Shown: positions 10,850 to 22,534, counted from the first letter of the stretch. The stretch: 64,000 nucleotides of DNA from Nitrospirota bacterium (GCA_040754455.1 JBFMCP010000004.1:38919-102918); one strand, 5' to 3'. Program-made: numbers and translations. Notes: generated by a model not told the origin, from the letters alone.

Positions 10850-11980
10850 ATGGTAACGCCGGAGTTCGTTAACAAGAAGACGTGGAATAAGGTGCTCAAC
10901 TACATTGCCTTAAGCGATGAGCTGCCGCCTTATTTGCTCATGGATAAAGAGATTGTCAGTGAGAAGGTCTCCCTCATCGGTAAGAACATAAAGAATGCAA
11001 AGGTGTTCTATGCGGTCAAGGCTAATCCCGATATCGAGGTGCTCAAGCTGATGAACAGCCTCGGGACGGGCTTTGAAATCGCTTCCGAAGGTGAGCTGCA
11101 GATGCTCGCCTCCATCGGAGTAGCGCCCGATCGCATCATCACCAGCAATCCCATGAAGACCCTTAAATTCCTTGAGCAGGCAGTGGAGTACGGTGTTACC
11201 TATTTTGCCTATGATTCTATGGTAGAGGTGGACAAGCTTGCCCGCTATGCGCGGGGAAGCAATGTCTACGTGCGCCTTTCGGTGCCGAATGAGGGAAGCG
11301 AATGGCCGCTCAGCAAAAAGTTCGGTGTTGAGCTGGACGAGGCGGCGGAACTGCTCACCTATGCGAAGAAGAAAGGACTTAATCCTATAGGGATCACCTT
11401 TCATGTCGGCTCGCAATGCAACAATGTCTACAACTGGAACTCAGCGGTCGACAAGGCGCGGGAACTGTGGGATACCGCCGAGCAGAATGGGATAACGCTC
11501 AGAATGCTCAATATCGGCGGCGGTTATCCGATCCGTTACACGAAAAACGTTATCGACATCGAGACTATCGAGAAAAAGGTCAACAAGGCCATCTACCAGA
11601 AATTCCCGGAGGATATCGAGATATTTATCGAGCCGGGGAGGGCGGTGGTCGGTGATGCCGGCATCTTTGTCTCGACCGTTGTGGGCAAGGCAGCGCGGGG
11701 CGATGAGAACTGGCTCTATATCGACGTTGGAGTGTTCAACGGCCTCATGGAGAGCATCGGCGGCATCAAGTATACTTATGTGGTAGGAAGCAGGAACGAC
11801 CCGAAGGTCTGGACCATAGCAGGGCCGAGCTGCGACAGCTTTGATGTCATCGATAAGGAGGTAGAGCTGCCGGAGCCCGAGGTGGGCAACCGTATTCTCA
11901 TACTCTCAAGCGGTGCCTACACGATTTCCTATGCGTCCGAGTTCAACGGCTTTTCGATTCCGAAGACGATTTTAATATAG
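10850..11980 (+). CDS. Type III PLP-dependent (Orn/Lys/Arg/DAP) decarboxylase, ornithine-decarboxylase-like
   Basis: FYAVKANPD (PLP Lys), HVGSQ, GGGYP and PGRAVVG motifs. Adjacent to speE, which fits putrescine supply. Confidence 0.8.
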   Translation: MVTPEFVNKKTWNKVLNYIALSDELPPYLLMDKEIVSEKVSLIGKNIKNAKVFYAVKANPDIEVLKLMNSLGTGFEIASEGELQMLASIGVAPDRIITSNPMKTLKFLEQAVEYGVTYFAYDSMVEVDKLARYARGSNVYVRLSVPNEGSEWPLSKKFGVELDEAAELLTYAKKKGLNPIGITFHVGSQCNNVYNWNSAVDKARELWDTAEQNGITLRMLNIGGGYPIRYTKNVIDIETIEKKVNKAIYQKFPEDIEIFIEPGRAVVGDAGIFVSTVVGKAARGDENWLYIDVGVFNGLMESIGGIKYTYVVGSRNDPKVWTIAGPSCDSFDVIDKEVELPEPEVGNRILILSSGAYTISYASEFNGFSIPKTILI

Positions 11981-12085
11981 CGTTATAGCGTTCATCGAGT
12001 TGAGCGTTATGGCGTTAAGAATAAATACAAATTCCGTGTTATAGCACGACAAACGCTCCACGCTATGACGCGAGAACGCACTATC
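11979..12085. repeat. Palindromic intergenic repeat, AGCGTT family (copy 2)
   Basis: cgttatagcgttcatcgagttgagcgttatggcgttaagaataaatac ... aaacgctccacgctatgacgcgagaacgc. Shares GTTGAGCGTTATGGCG and CACGCTAT with 6672-6738. Confidence 0.6.
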
Positions 12086-12096
12086 AGGAGGAGACA

Positions 12097-12933
12097 ATGA
12101 TCAAGTTTTTCGAGAAGGACCCCTATGCGCCTATACAGTATGTATATGAAGTCGAAGATGTGCTCTACAAGGGGAAGAGCGACTTCCAGGAAATCATGGT
12201 CATTCAGAACCCCCATTTCGGAAAAATGCTCATCCTCGACGGCGTTGTCCAGATAACGGAGCGGGACGAGCTCTTCTACCACGAAATGCTGGTCCATATG
12301 GTACTGCACGCCCATCCCGATCCCAGGAAGGTGATCGTCATCGGCGGGGGTGACGGCGGGACGGTCAGAGAAGTCCTGAAGCACGATACGGTCGAGAAGG
12401 TCTACTTCATCGAGATCGATGAAGAGGTCATCAATGTCTCGAAAAAGTTCTTTCCCACTGTTGCCTGCGGGGTCGACGACCCGCGTGTCGAGATCAAGTG
12501 CATGGACGGTGCCGAGTTCGTCAAAGAGCGCGATGGCGACATTGATGCGATCATTGTCGATTCCACCGACATCATCGGCTTTGCGAAGAGCCTGTTTACC
12601 GTCGAGTTCTTCAAATCGGTAAAGGACGCCCTTACCGATGAGGGCATGTTCGTGACCCTTTCGGAATCCCTTCATTTTCATAAGGATATCGTAATCGAAG
12701 TGCAGGAGGCGATGAAGCTCATCTTCCCCATTGTCGACCTCTATACCGTCCCCATTGCTACATATGCGGGCAACTGGTGGACCTTCTCTGCGGCTTCAAT
12801 GAAGCACGACCTCCGGAAGATGCGTCGCGAGTACAAGATCGATACCCGTTACTACAGTGACGAGATCCACCAACAGGCATTCCTGCCGCCGAAGATGTAC
12901 GAGAGGCTCATGCAGCGGAAGCTGCAATGGTAG
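12097..12933 (+). CDS. speE: Spermidine synthase (polyamine aminopropyltransferase)
   Basis: KSDFQEIMVIQNPHFGKMLILDGVVQITERDELFYHEMLVH, VIGGGDGGTVREVLKH, IIVDSTD. Confidence 0.9.
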   Translation: MIKFFEKDPYAPIQYVYEVEDVLYKGKSDFQEIMVIQNPHFGKMLILDGVVQITERDELFYHEMLVHMVLHAHPDPRKVIVIGGGDGGTVREVLKHDTVEKVYFIEIDEEVINVSKKFFPTVACGVDDPRVEIKCMDGAEFVKERDGDIDAIIVDSTDIIGFAKSLFTVEFFKSVKDALTDEGMFVTLSESLHFHKDIVIEVQEAMKLIFPIVDLYTVPIATYAGNWWTFSAASMKHDLRKMRREYKIDTRYYSDEIHQQAFLPPKMYERLMQRKLQW

Positions 12934-12938
12934 TCAAC

Positions 12939-12968
12939 TTGACAGGGTATTTGTTTAATTGATAAATT
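12939..12968 (+). promoter_or_regulatory. Sigma-70-type promoter of the hrcA-grpE-dnaK-dnaJ operon
   Basis: TTGACA (12939-12944), an 18-nt spacer, then TAAATT immediately before the CIRCE operator. Confidence 0.55.
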
Positions 12969-12969
12969 A

Positions 12970-12996
12970 TTAGCACTCTAACAGTGAGAGTGCTAA
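12970..12996 (+). promoter_or_regulatory. CIRCE operator (HrcA binding site)
   Basis: Perfect TTAGCACTC-N9-GAGTGCTAA, 15 nt upstream of the hrcA ATG. Confidence 0.95.
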
Positions 12997-13010
12997 AGAG
13001 GTGTAGGTCT

Positions 13011-14060
13011 ATGTCTTCTGATATGCTTGATGGAAGGAGTAAAGATATCCTTTATGCCGTAGTGGAGAGCTATATCAGCACCCCCGAGCCGGTAGGCTCA
13101 CGTTTCATCACGAAAAAGTATCCTTTTGGATTCTCATCGGCTACAATTAGAAATATAATGGCGGATCTTGAGGATCTCGGCTTCCTGATCCAGCCCCACA
13201 CTTCTGCCGGAAGGGTTCCGACCGACAAAGGGTATCGTTTCTTTGTCGATGCCCTGCTCCATAAAGAAAGGGATTCGGGCCAGCAGGAGGTGCCGCGCGA
13301 GTTCGCAAAGCAGTTTACCCATAAACTGGAACGGATAAAAACCAATATGAATGCAATGTTTTCCGAGGTAACCAATACCCTTTCCATGATGTCGAACTAC
13401 GTGGGTGTTGCCATGCCCCCCAAGTCCGAAAAGAGCACGCTCAAGAGGCTGGACCTCATGAAGTACAAGGGATCGAGCGTTGTCGCCATTTTACTGACCG
13501 ATGAGGGGATCATAAAGAACAGGGTGCTGAACGTGCATGCAGACCTCGCCCAGGAGGACCTTACCAGGATTGCCGAATATCTCAACGCGGAGTACGCGGG
13601 CAGCACGCTCGACGAAATAAAGAGCTCGCTGATAAAGCGTATGAAGCACGAAAAGGCTCTCTGGGACAAGCTCATTGCAAAGGCGATGGAGATCTGCGAG
13701 CAGGCTCTCTCCTTCGGTGAGGACGATATCTTCGTATCGAATCTCTACGATGTCATGGATCTGCCCGACTTTTCCAACATTGCGCGGATCAAGGAGCTTT
13801 CCCGCGCCATCAAGGACAAACATATGATCGTGAGTCTCCTCGATGACTTCATCGAAGCGGACGGTGTGAATGTCGTCATCGGTGATGAAAATCCGATTGA
13901 GGATCTGAGGCGGTTGAGCGTCGTCTCCTCCACCTACAAGGAAGGGGACCGTCCGATGGGTGTCATTGCATTGATCGGTCCGACGAGAATGGACTATGCA
14001 AAGGCCATTTTTATGGTCGATGCAGTGGCAAAATGCGTAAGCAGAACATTCGAGAGCTAG
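13011..14060 (+). CDS. hrcA: Heat-inducible transcription repressor HrcA
   Basis: MSSDMLDGRSKDILYAVVESYISTPEPVGSRFI.... ATG at 13011 (AAGAGG RBS) chosen because the ORF-track start at 12984 lies inside CIRCE. Confidence 0.9.
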   Translation: MSSDMLDGRSKDILYAVVESYISTPEPVGSRFITKKYPFGFSSATIRNIMADLEDLGFLIQPHTSAGRVPTDKGYRFFVDALLHKERDSGQQEVPREFAKQFTHKLERIKTNMNAMFSEVTNTLSMMSNYVGVAMPPKSEKSTLKRLDLMKYKGSSVVAILLTDEGIIKNRVLNVHADLAQEDLTRIAEYLNAEYAGSTLDEIKSSLIKRMKHEKALWDKLIAKAMEICEQALSFGEDDIFVSNLYDVMDLPDFSNIARIKELSRAIKDKHMIVSLLDDFIEADGVNVVIGDENPIEDLRRLSVVSSTYKEGDRPMGVIALIGPTRMDYAKAIFMVDAVAKCVSRTFES

Positions 14061-14074
14061 GATAGTCAGGGAGG

Positions 14075-14647
14075 ATGGATATGGCTGAGAAAGATCAGGC
14101 GACAGAGACCGCAGAGAGCACCCCGGGCAAACCCGAAGAGCTCGGGGTCTCGCCGGAGCTCGAGGATAAGGTGACGGAAACGGTTGAGCATATACAGGCA
14201 GAGCTTGAGGAGATGAAAGACAAGTATCTCAGGCTCTATGCGGATTTTGACAATTACCGGAAGAAAGTCCAGAAGGACAAAGAGGAGCTGGTAAGGTATG
14301 CGAACGAATCGCTGGTCTACGAGCTCCTTCCCGTTATTGACAATCTCGAAATGGCGCTGAAGCATACTGCCGAGGGTAATTCCGAGGCCTTGCAGGCGCT
14401 CGCCAAGGGTGTGGAAAACACCCTCAGGGAATTGAACAGGACTCTTGAGAAGTTCGGTGTAATACCGATCGAGGCGCAGAATAAGGCCTTTGATCCCGCC
14501 TACCATCATGCAATGCAGCAGGTCGAGCGGTCTGATGTGGAGAGCAACACCGTGGTGGAAGAGTTCAGAAAAGGCTATCTGTTCAAAGACAAAGTCTTGC
14601 GGCCTTCTCTTGTCGTTGTCTCGAAGAAACCGGACGGCAATCAATAA
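14075..14647 (+). CDS. grpE: Nucleotide exchange factor GrpE
   Basis: YLRLYADFDNYRKKVQKDKEE..., FDPAYHHAM. Sits between hrcA and dnaK. Confidence 0.95.
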   Translation: MDMAEKDQATETAESTPGKPEELGVSPELEDKVTETVEHIQAELEEMKDKYLRLYADFDNYRKKVQKDKEELVRYANESLVYELLPVIDNLEMALKHTAEGNSEALQALAKGVENTLRELNRTLEKFGVIPIEAQNKAFDPAYHHAMQQVERSDVESNTVVEEFRKGYLFKDKVLRPSLVVVSKKPDGNQ

Positions 14648-14690
14648 AATACCATCTGAAAAAATTACCTGTTAAGGCAAGGAGGATGAA

Positions 14691-16604
14691 ATGGGAAAGG
14701 CGATAGGCATAGATCTCGGCACGACGAACTCGGTAGTTGCGGTGGTAATGGGTGGAGAGCCGGTAGTTATTCCGAACCAGGAGGGGAACCGGACAACCCC
14801 GTCCGTTGTCGCTTTTACCGATAAAGGAGAGCGGCTTGTCGGCCAGATCGCCAAGCGGCAGGCGATCACCAATCCTGAGAATACCATTTTTTCGATAAAG
14901 AGGCTTATGGGAAGGAAGTACAACTCCCCCGAAGTGGAACATGCAAAGAAGCGGCTCCCCTACAAGATCGTCGAGGCGCCGAACGGCGATGCCCATGTCG
15001 AGATACGGGGGAAACGGTATTCTCCTCCCGAGATTTCCGCGATGATCCTCCAAAAGCTGAAACAGGCGGCAGAAGATTACCTCGGCGAGCCGGTTACCGA
15101 CGCGGTGATCACAGTCCCTGCCTATTTCGATGACAGCCAGCGGCAGGCGACCAAGGATGCGGGCCAGATTGCGGGCCTCAATGTACTGAGAATCATCAAC
15201 GAGCCGACTGCTGCAGCCCTTGCCTACGGTCTCGAAAAGAAGAAAGAGGAAGAGGTCGCGGTCTATGACCTCGGCGGCGGTACGTTCGACATCTCGATCC
15301 TCGAAATCGGTGAGGGCGTCATCGAGGTGCGGGCTACCAACGGTGATACGTATCTCGGCGGCGATGACTTCGATCTGCGGGTCATGGATTGGCTGGTGGA
15401 CGAATTCAAGAAGGAGCAGGGCATTGATCTCAGGAACGACAAGATGGCGCTCCAGAGGCTCAAGGAGGCTGCGGAAAGGGCTAAGATAGAGCTCTCTACT
15501 GCATCGGAAACGGAGATCAACCTTCCCTTTATTACCGCCGATGCGACGGGACCGAAGCACCTGCTCATGAAACTCTCGAGATCCAAATTCGAGCAGCTCA
15601 CCGACGACCTCATGCAGAAGACCATAGAGCCCTGCAAGAGGGCGCTCGCCGATGCAAAGTACTCGCAGTCCGATATCGATGAGGTGATTCTCGTCGGAGG
15701 ACAGACGAGGACGCCCAAGGTGCAGCAGATCGTCCAGGGATACTTCGGAAAAGAGCCGAACAAGTCGGTCAACCCTGATGAAGTGGTCGCCGTCGGCGCA
15801 GCAATACAGGGTGCAGTGCTCAAGGGAGAGGTGAAAGAGGTGCTGCTGCTGGATGTCACGCCTCTCTCGCTCGGTATCGAGACGCTCGGCGGCATCTTCA
15901 CCAAGATCATCGAGAGGAACACGACCATTCCTACCAAGAAATCGCAGATATTCTCCACGGCATCGGACAACCAGCCGGCGGTCACCATAAAGATTTATCA
16001 GGGAGAGCGCGAGATGGCTGCTGACAATAAGCTGCTCGGTGTCTTCGAGCTTGTCGGGATCCCCCCTGCACCCAGAGGCGTGCCGCAGATCGAGGTTACC
16101 TTCGACATCGACGCCAACGGCATCCTCCATGTCTCCGCAAAGGACCTTGGCACTGGCAAGGAGCAGTCCATACGGATTACCGCATCGAGCGGGCTTTCGG
16201 ATGAAGAGGTAAAGAGGATGATGCGCGATGCAGAGGCACATGCGGAAGAAGACAGAAAGAGAAAAGAGCTCATCGAGGCGAAGAATCAGGCCGATACGCT
16301 GATTTACTCTGTCGAGAAATCGCTCAAAGAGTACGGCGACAAGGTTACCGAGACGGAGAAAAAAGAGATCGAAGCAGCCCTCGAGAAGTGCAGGAAGGCC
16401 AAAGACACGGGAACGACTGCCGACGAAGTGCGCTCAGCGATGGATGAGCTTACCAGGGCATCACATAAGATAGCCGAGCATATCTACAAGGCTGCACAGG
16501 AACAGCAGGCCGGTGCAGGGGCTGCGGGGGCCGGCGCAAAGGCCAAGTCTCCTGAAGAAGAAGTAGTAGAAGCAGAATTTGAAGATGTGGATAAAAACAA
16601 ATAG
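14691..16604 (+). CDS. dnaK: Molecular chaperone DnaK (Hsp70)
   Basis: [38 protein letters not shown]; 637 aa. Confidence 0.98.
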   Translation: MGKAIGIDLGTTNSVVAVVMGGEPVVIPNQEGNRTTPSVVAFTDKGERLVGQIAKRQAITNPENTIFSIKRLMGRKYNSPEVEHAKKRLPYKIVEAPNGDAHVEIRGKRYSPPEISAMILQKLKQAAEDYLGEPVTDAVITVPAYFDDSQRQATKDAGQIAGLNVLRIINEPTAAALAYGLEKKKEEEVAVYDLGGGTFDISILEIGEGVIEVRATNGDTYLGGDDFDLRVMDWLVDEFKKEQGIDLRNDKMALQRLKEAAERAKIELSTASETEINLPFITADATGPKHLLMKLSRSKFEQLTDDLMQKTIEPCKRALADAKYSQSDIDEVILVGGQTRTPKVQQIVQGYFGKEPNKSVNPDEVVAVGAAIQGAVLKGEVKEVLLLDVTPLSLGIETLGGIFTKIIERNTTIPTKKSQIFSTASDNQPAVTIKIYQGEREMAADNKLLGVFELVGIPPAPRGVPQIEVTFDIDANGILHVSAKDLGTGKEQSIRITASSGLSDEEVKRMMRDAEAHAEEDRKRKELIEAKNQADTLIYSVEKSLKEYGDKVTETEKKEIEAALEKCRKAKDTGTTADEVRSAMDELTRASHKIAEHIYKAAQEQQAGAGAAGAGAKAKSPEEEVVEAEFEDVDKNK

Positions 16605-16606
16605 TG

Positions 16607-17725
16607 ATGAAAGATTATTATAAGGTCCTGGGCGTAGACCGTTCGGCAACACAGGAAGAGATAAAAAAGGTTTTTCGGCAGCTCGCTTTAAAATATCACC
16701 CTGACCGGAATCAGGGCGACAAGGAGGCGGAAGAGAAATTCAAGGAGATCAACGAGGCCTATTCCTGCATCGGTGATCCTGAAAAGCGCGCCCACTATGA
16801 TCGCTACGGTACTGCGGAGGGCTTCGGTGCAGGCGCCGGCGCCGGGTTCGGCGGCTTTGGTGCAGGCGCTCCCTTCAGCGATATTTTCGAAGATATCTTC
16901 GACGATTTCTTCGGCGCTTTCGGAGGGGGCGGGGCTAAGAGGGCGAGGGCGACCAAAGGCGCCGATTTGCGGTACAACATGACCATTACCCTCGAAGAGT
17001 GCGCTTTCGGTACTGAAAAGGAAATAAAGATCCCTCGTTGGCAGTCGTGCGATGTCTGCAGCGGCTCCGGCGCAGAGCCGGGCAAGCCGCCGGTCACCTG
17101 CAGCCAGTGCAAGGGAACAGGACACATCCGGTTTCAGCAGGGTTTCTTCAGTGTCTCAAAGACCTGCGGCAAATGCCAGGGCACGGGCAAGATCATCACC
17201 GATCCGTGCCATGCCTGTAAAGGCAACGGGAAAATAAAAGTTCAGAGAGAAGTGTTAGTAAAGATCCCTGCCGGTGTCGACAACGGCTCGCGTCTGAGAA
17301 TGACCGGCGAGGGAGACTTCGGCAGCTATGGCGGCCCTCCGGGTGATCTCTACATTGTGCTCACGGTTGAAGAGCATCCTTTCTTCAAACGCGAGGGGAT
17401 GGATGTCCTTTGCCAGATGCCGCTCTCGTTCCCCAAAGCGGTATTTGGGGGGGAGGTCGAGGTGCCCACACTCAACGGGCCGGCAAAGCTCAGGATCCCT
17501 CCGGGAACACCCTCGGGGAAGTCTTTTCACCTTAAAGGCAGAGGGATACCGAAGCTCGGCAGCCACTATCGGGGAGATCAGATCGTGAGTGTCTACATCG
17601 ATGTGCCCAAAAAGCTCACCCCGCGTCAGAAGGAGCTGCTCGAGGAGTTTGCCAGTATCGGCGACGAGACGCATGATGAGGCGAAGGGGTTCAAGAGCAA
17701 GCTGAAAGACCTCTTCTCAATGTGA
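16607..17725 (+). CDS. dnaJ: Molecular chaperone DnaJ
   Basis: J domain DYYKVLGV...KYHPDRN, G/F region, four CxxCxGxG zinc-finger repeats. ATG at 16607 (the track's GTG at 16604 overlaps the dnaK stop). Confidence 0.95.
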   Translation: MKDYYKVLGVDRSATQEEIKKVFRQLALKYHPDRNQGDKEAEEKFKEINEAYSCIGDPEKRAHYDRYGTAEGFGAGAGAGFGGFGAGAPFSDIFEDIFDDFFGAFGGGGAKRARATKGADLRYNMTITLEECAFGTEKEIKIPRWQSCDVCSGSGAEPGKPPVTCSQCKGTGHIRFQQGFFSVSKTCGKCQGTGKIITDPCHACKGNGKIKVQREVLVKIPAGVDNGSRLRMTGEGDFGSYGGPPGDLYIVLTVEEHPFFKREGMDVLCQMPLSFPKAVFGGEVEVPTLNGPAKLRIPPGTPSGKSFHLKGRGIPKLGSHYRGDQIVSVYIDVPKKLTPRQKELLEEFASIGDETHDEAKGFKSKLKDLFSM

Positions 17726-17768
17726 GAGCCCTCCCGCATATCTCAATTCTGAATACCTCTGATTATCG

Positions 17769-18539
17769 ATGAGAATATTCATAGCCCCGGAACATATCCA
17801 GCGGCAGCACGATATCAAAGTCCCTGCAGATAAAGCCCACTATATTATCTCCGTGCTCAGGAGCAGAGTAGGCGACCCCATCGAGATTATCGATGGCAGA
17901 GGAAAGGCCTTTGAGGCGATTATCACCGGCATAACGAGAAGGGATGTTGTGGTCGACCTGCGGAGAGAGCTTCCTGCAAATGCCGAATCGCCGGCTTACC
18001 TCGTCCTCTGCCAGGGGATGCTGAAGGGCGAGAAGATGGACCTCGTAGTGCAGAAGGCGACCGAGCTGGGTACGAAGGAAATCATTCCTCTTATCACCGA
18101 ACGCTGTATCGTAAGGGCCACGCGAAAAGTACAGCGCTGGAGCACCATTGCCGAAGAGGCCGCGGAGCAGTGCGGCAGGGCGTTTATTCCGATAGTGCAT
18201 GAGCCGGAGGAGTTGAACTCTTGGCTCATGGCACACAGCTCATCACAGTTAAAGGGCTTTATCTTTTGGGAGGAGGGAGGCGTGCCATTACGCGAAGCGT
18301 TTCAAAAGGTGTCCGACTACCTGATTCTCCCATCCACCCATTCACCCATTCACCTTATCATCGGTCCTGAAGGAGGGCTCACTGCCGCTGAAATCAAGAG
18401 TGCGGAAGCGAGAGGGCTCATAAGGACATCGCTTGGCAGCCGCACGCTCCGCGCTGAAACAGCGGCGATTGTTTCGATGGCACTGGTACAGTTTCTTGTC
18501 GAGAATAGAGAGAAGTTACCAGTGACAAATGGCCAGTGA
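17769..18539 (+). CDS. rsmE: 16S rRNA (uracil1498-N3)-methyltransferase RsmE
   Basis: MRIFIAPE..., C-terminal IGPEGGLTAAEI...SLGSRTLRAETA SPOUT signature; usual position after dnaJ. Confidence 0.85.
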   Translation: MRIFIAPEHIQRQHDIKVPADKAHYIISVLRSRVGDPIEIIDGRGKAFEAIITGITRRDVVVDLRRELPANAESPAYLVLCQGMLKGEKMDLVVQKATELGTKEIIPLITERCIVRATRKVQRWSTIAEEAAEQCGRAFIPIVHEPEELNSWLMAHSSSQLKGFIFWEEGGVPLREAFQKVSDYLILPSTHSPIHLIIGPEGGLTAAEIKSAEARGLIRTSLGSRTLRAETAAIVSMALVQFLVENREKLPVTNGQ

Positions 18540-18557
18540 TTATCGCTATAATCAGGT

Positions 18558-19871
18558 ATGGCTGAGCGTAACGAGTCCCCCCTCAGGAATCATAGCTATC
18601 TCCTCATTCTTTTGATTGCCGCAACCGTCATTGTCGCCACCAGCACGGTTCTGAACTATCGGAGTGCGGTATCCACCGCAGGAGATTCCCTGAGGCTTCA
18701 GGCCTTCGGCATTGCTGTCAGCCTTGAAGCATCGCTTAAAGACCGCAGCGGACTGCCTGTAGTGGACAGTAAGCTGCCGGCGCCCGGCAATAGAAACAAC
18801 CTCTTCAAAGATATTATTGCAGAAGGGAACTGGGAAGGAATTGCCTTTATTGCGCTTTATGACCGTGAAGGGATGACGCTTCTCCACTCGAATGAGAATC
18901 TTATCGGCAGGCGCATCACTGATGCAACCATCAGGAGCGTTGCAGCAAGCGGCAGCCCTGCGCATGGCTATTTCACTCTGGGGACCGGTGAAAGGGTTTT
19001 TATTCTTGATTTTCCTGTCCATCTTCAGAATTCCGTAGGCATTCTCAGGCTGTCCCTCCATACCTATCCTGTAGAGCGTAGTGTGCGACAGGCACGATTT
19101 CAGCTTGCAAGTATTACATTCATCATCGGTATTCTATGGGGTATGGGATTTTTTTTCATAAGAGCGGTCAAGCGTTCCGAAGAGCTGAAAAAGGCAATGG
19201 CTGAAAGAGAGCGGCTCGCCGTACTGGGGGGAATGGCCTCGGTGCTCGCCCATGAGATACGGAATCCGCTCGGCAGCATAAAGGGGTTCGCTCAATATCT
19301 CAGAGAAGGCAAACGCCAGGAGCAGGATAATAAGGAATACCTCGATATCATCGTGTCCGAATCGGAGCGGCTCGAGGCGCTGACCGAGGATCTCCTCCTC
19401 TACGCAAAGCCGGTGGAGATAAAGGCGGAAGCGTTCGATCTCAATAATCTTATAGGTGAAGTGGTGCGGATGGTGCAGGGCTGTAGCGAGGGTAAACCGG
19501 GTCTTACCGTGCAGCAGTCTGCTGCGCCTGCATTACTGATGAAGTCGGATAAGGATAGGCTCAGGCAGGTGCTGCTGAACATCATGCAGAATGCTGCCGA
19601 TGCAGTGGAAGGTTCAGGGATGGTTGCGATAAGCACCCAGGGTGCGGGAGATAGGATAATAATAACCATAAAGGATAACGGCTGCGGCATGGATAAAGAG
19701 ACAAAGGAGAAAGCCTTCACACCCTTCTACACGACAAAGACTCGCGGTACGGGCCTGGGCCTTGCCATTGTCGATAAATTGGTGAAAGCGCTCGACGGCA
19801 CGATAGAGGTGGAAAGCGAATACGGGAAAGGAACGGAGTTCAGAATTACTTTGCCGAGGAATCTTATATAA
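18558..19871 (+). CDS. Sensor histidine kinase with periplasmic loop (ZraS-like)
   Basis: Two TM segments flank a ~160-aa extracytoplasmic region. H-box AHEIRNPLGSIKG, N-box NIMQNAADA, G-boxes DNGCGM and GTGLGLAIV. Confidence 0.85.
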   Translation: MAERNESPLRNHSYLLILLIAATVIVATSTVLNYRSAVSTAGDSLRLQAFGIAVSLEASLKDRSGLPVVDSKLPAPGNRNNLFKDIIAEGNWEGIAFIALYDREGMTLLHSNENLIGRRITDATIRSVAASGSPAHGYFTLGTGERVFILDFPVHLQNSVGILRLSLHTYPVERSVRQARFQLASITFIIGILWGMGFFFIRAVKRSEELKKAMAERERLAVLGGMASVLAHEIRNPLGSIKGFAQYLREGKRQEQDNKEYLDIIVSESERLEALTEDLLLYAKPVEIKAEAFDLNNLIGEVVRMVQGCSEGKPGLTVQQSAAPALLMKSDKDRLRQVLLNIMQNAADAVEGSGMVAISTQGAGDRIIITIKDNGCGMDKETKEKAFTPFYTTKTRGTGLGLAIVDKLVKALDGTIEVESEYGKGTEFRITLPRNLI

Positions 19872-19914
19872 TAAAAACGGTGGATAAGCTTGCAATGGCA
19901 CCATAAGAAAGGTT

Positions 19915-21231
<1,317 letters not shown>

Positions 21232-21237
<6 letters not shown>

Positions 21238-21393
21238 TCTTATGGTTGGGAAGGAGGCACCAAAAGGAAATAAAGTTTCCGTATTGCCCCACGCTTGTGA
21301 GCCGAACAAGACAACCTGCACAAGTCTGTCGCCATAAAGTTCTTTCAGCTTATGCCGCACCTCACCTCTCACCAGCTCGATCGAGGAATCCAT
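21232..21393 (-). pseudogene. Truncated nucleotidyltransferase (MNT/antitoxin-like) gene remnant
   Basis: Own translation: MDSSIELVRGEVRHKLKELYGDRLVQVVLFGSQAWGNTETLFPFGASFPTIRL*. It matches the start of minimal nucleotidyltransferases (LFGSxARG) but stops before the catalytic DxD. GGAGGGAGG RBS. Its 3' end overlaps the regulator stop. Confidence 0.4.
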
Positions 21394-21576
21394 AACCTCC
21401 CTCCTTCAGAGTCTTTCGCAACACTATACACATTATGCCATTTGTATGATCACAGCGGAAAAGGGCTGAAAAAAGGGGGTGTTTGGTATAAAATGATGTA
21501 CTGGATAATTCAATTAAGGCATTTTGCGGCATGGGGGAGCAGCATATCATGGGTTCTAAAAAGCGTTGACGGTTAG

Positions 21577-21675
21577 AGGAAAAACGGCGAAATTTACAGT
21601 CATATACGCAAAAAATGGCTTGTTGAAACGCCAGAAGAACATGTCCGTCAGGAATATCTTTGTTTTCTACTATAG
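21577..21675 (+). pseudogene. Fragment resembling the type I restriction enzyme HsdR N-terminal-domain family
   Basis: Own translation RKNGEIYSHIRKKWLVETPEEHVRQEYLCFLL*. This recalls the IRKKxVxLTPEExVRQ signature of HsdR_N-domain proteins. It is bounded by stops with no start codon. Confidence 0.35.
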
Positions 21676-21803
21676 CTTGTTCGAGAGGAGGGATGGACTT
21701 TTTAATTTAACTCCGGTTGTCTGAAAGAAAATGGGACGGGAATATTATTTTGATTTTGGATAAGACTTTCGGGAAGGAATTGGGAGAAAGGAGAACCAAA
21801 AAC

Positions 21804-22151
21804 ATGTCGCTGCCGGTTTTAGTGAAAACGCTTGTAGAAAAGAAAATCGGTGCATACTGTAAGAGAAGGGTGCCGACATATGCGGCGGATAAAGTGAATC
21901 TTTCCTATAAAATACGCGGCAATAGTGTCACTCTCTTTGAGAACAGGGCACCGTGGCATCCTGACATGAAAGAGTGGACATCCATGGCGATTGCACAGAT
22001 AAGATATGACAATGCAACCGGCACATGGACGCTTTATTGCGCAGACAGAAACGATAGATGGCATGAATACCGGGATATGGAGCCGACGAAAAATTTAGAC
22101 GAAATATTGAAGGAGATAGATAAAGACCCTACAGGCATATTCTGGGGTTAA
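21804..22151 (+). CDS. DUF3024-family protein
   Basis: MSLPVLVKTLVEKKIGAYC...VTLFENRAPWHPDMKEWTSMAIAQIRYDNATGTWTLYCADRNDRWHEY. Internal Met at 21804 (AAAGGAG RBS) preferred over 21717. Confidence 0.6.
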   Translation: MSLPVLVKTLVEKKIGAYCKRRVPTYAADKVNLSYKIRGNSVTLFENRAPWHPDMKEWTSMAIAQIRYDNATGTWTLYCADRNDRWHEYRDMEPTKNLDEILKEIDKDPTGIFWG

Positions 22152-22315
22152 TTTTTCATTGAAAACTCATTGATCCAGGTGATACCCTCCTCCTTTCTGA
22201 ACGTGGCAAACTGCCGCTTCGCATACAAAGGGTTGAGGTAACTTGGCAGGGAAAAGAATGAGAGCGTTTTGGGAGCCCAACATGTCGATCACGGATGTAA
22301 CGAGTAAAGGCCACG

Positions 22316-22348
22316 TGCAAATATTGCATCGGGAGTGCAAAAATTGCA
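22316..22348. promoter_or_regulatory. Tandem palindromic upstream activator sites (putative enhancer-binding-protein UAS)
   Basis: TGCAAATATTGCA (22316-22328) and TGCAAAAATTGCA (22336-22348). Centres are 20 bp apart, about 125-155 bp upstream of the sigma-54 promoter at 22471. Confidence 0.6.
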
Positions 22349-22470
22349 TTTGAAGCAGGCGCGAGGTCATGGGTATAGGTCATGGGCAAGCTGATAGAAT
22401 CCCCGGAGAATATGGATTTTCAGCCTGCTTCCTATAACCCAACCCCATTGCCTATCACCCATTCTCCGCA

Positions 22471-22486
22471 TGGCACGGCACTTGCT
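22471..22486 (+). promoter_or_regulatory. Sigma-54 (-24/-12) promoter
   Basis: TGGCACGGCACTTGCT fits TGGCACG-N4-TTGCW exactly. It lies 49 nt upstream of the ATG at 22535. Confidence 0.85.
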
Positions 22487-22534
22487 TTTATCCGGGGAGG
22501 AAGTGAAAACCGATGTGGAGAAGGAGGTGAGATA

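Noticed and set aside
14583-16241. 552-aa ORF antisense to dnaK
   Set aside because: It lies entirely within and opposite the unambiguous DnaK gene. It has no RBS, and its composition (Arg/Leu/Gly-rich, low complexity) is typical of the stop-poor antisense frame of hsp70 genes. Long antisense ORFs in dnaK are a known codon-bias artefact.
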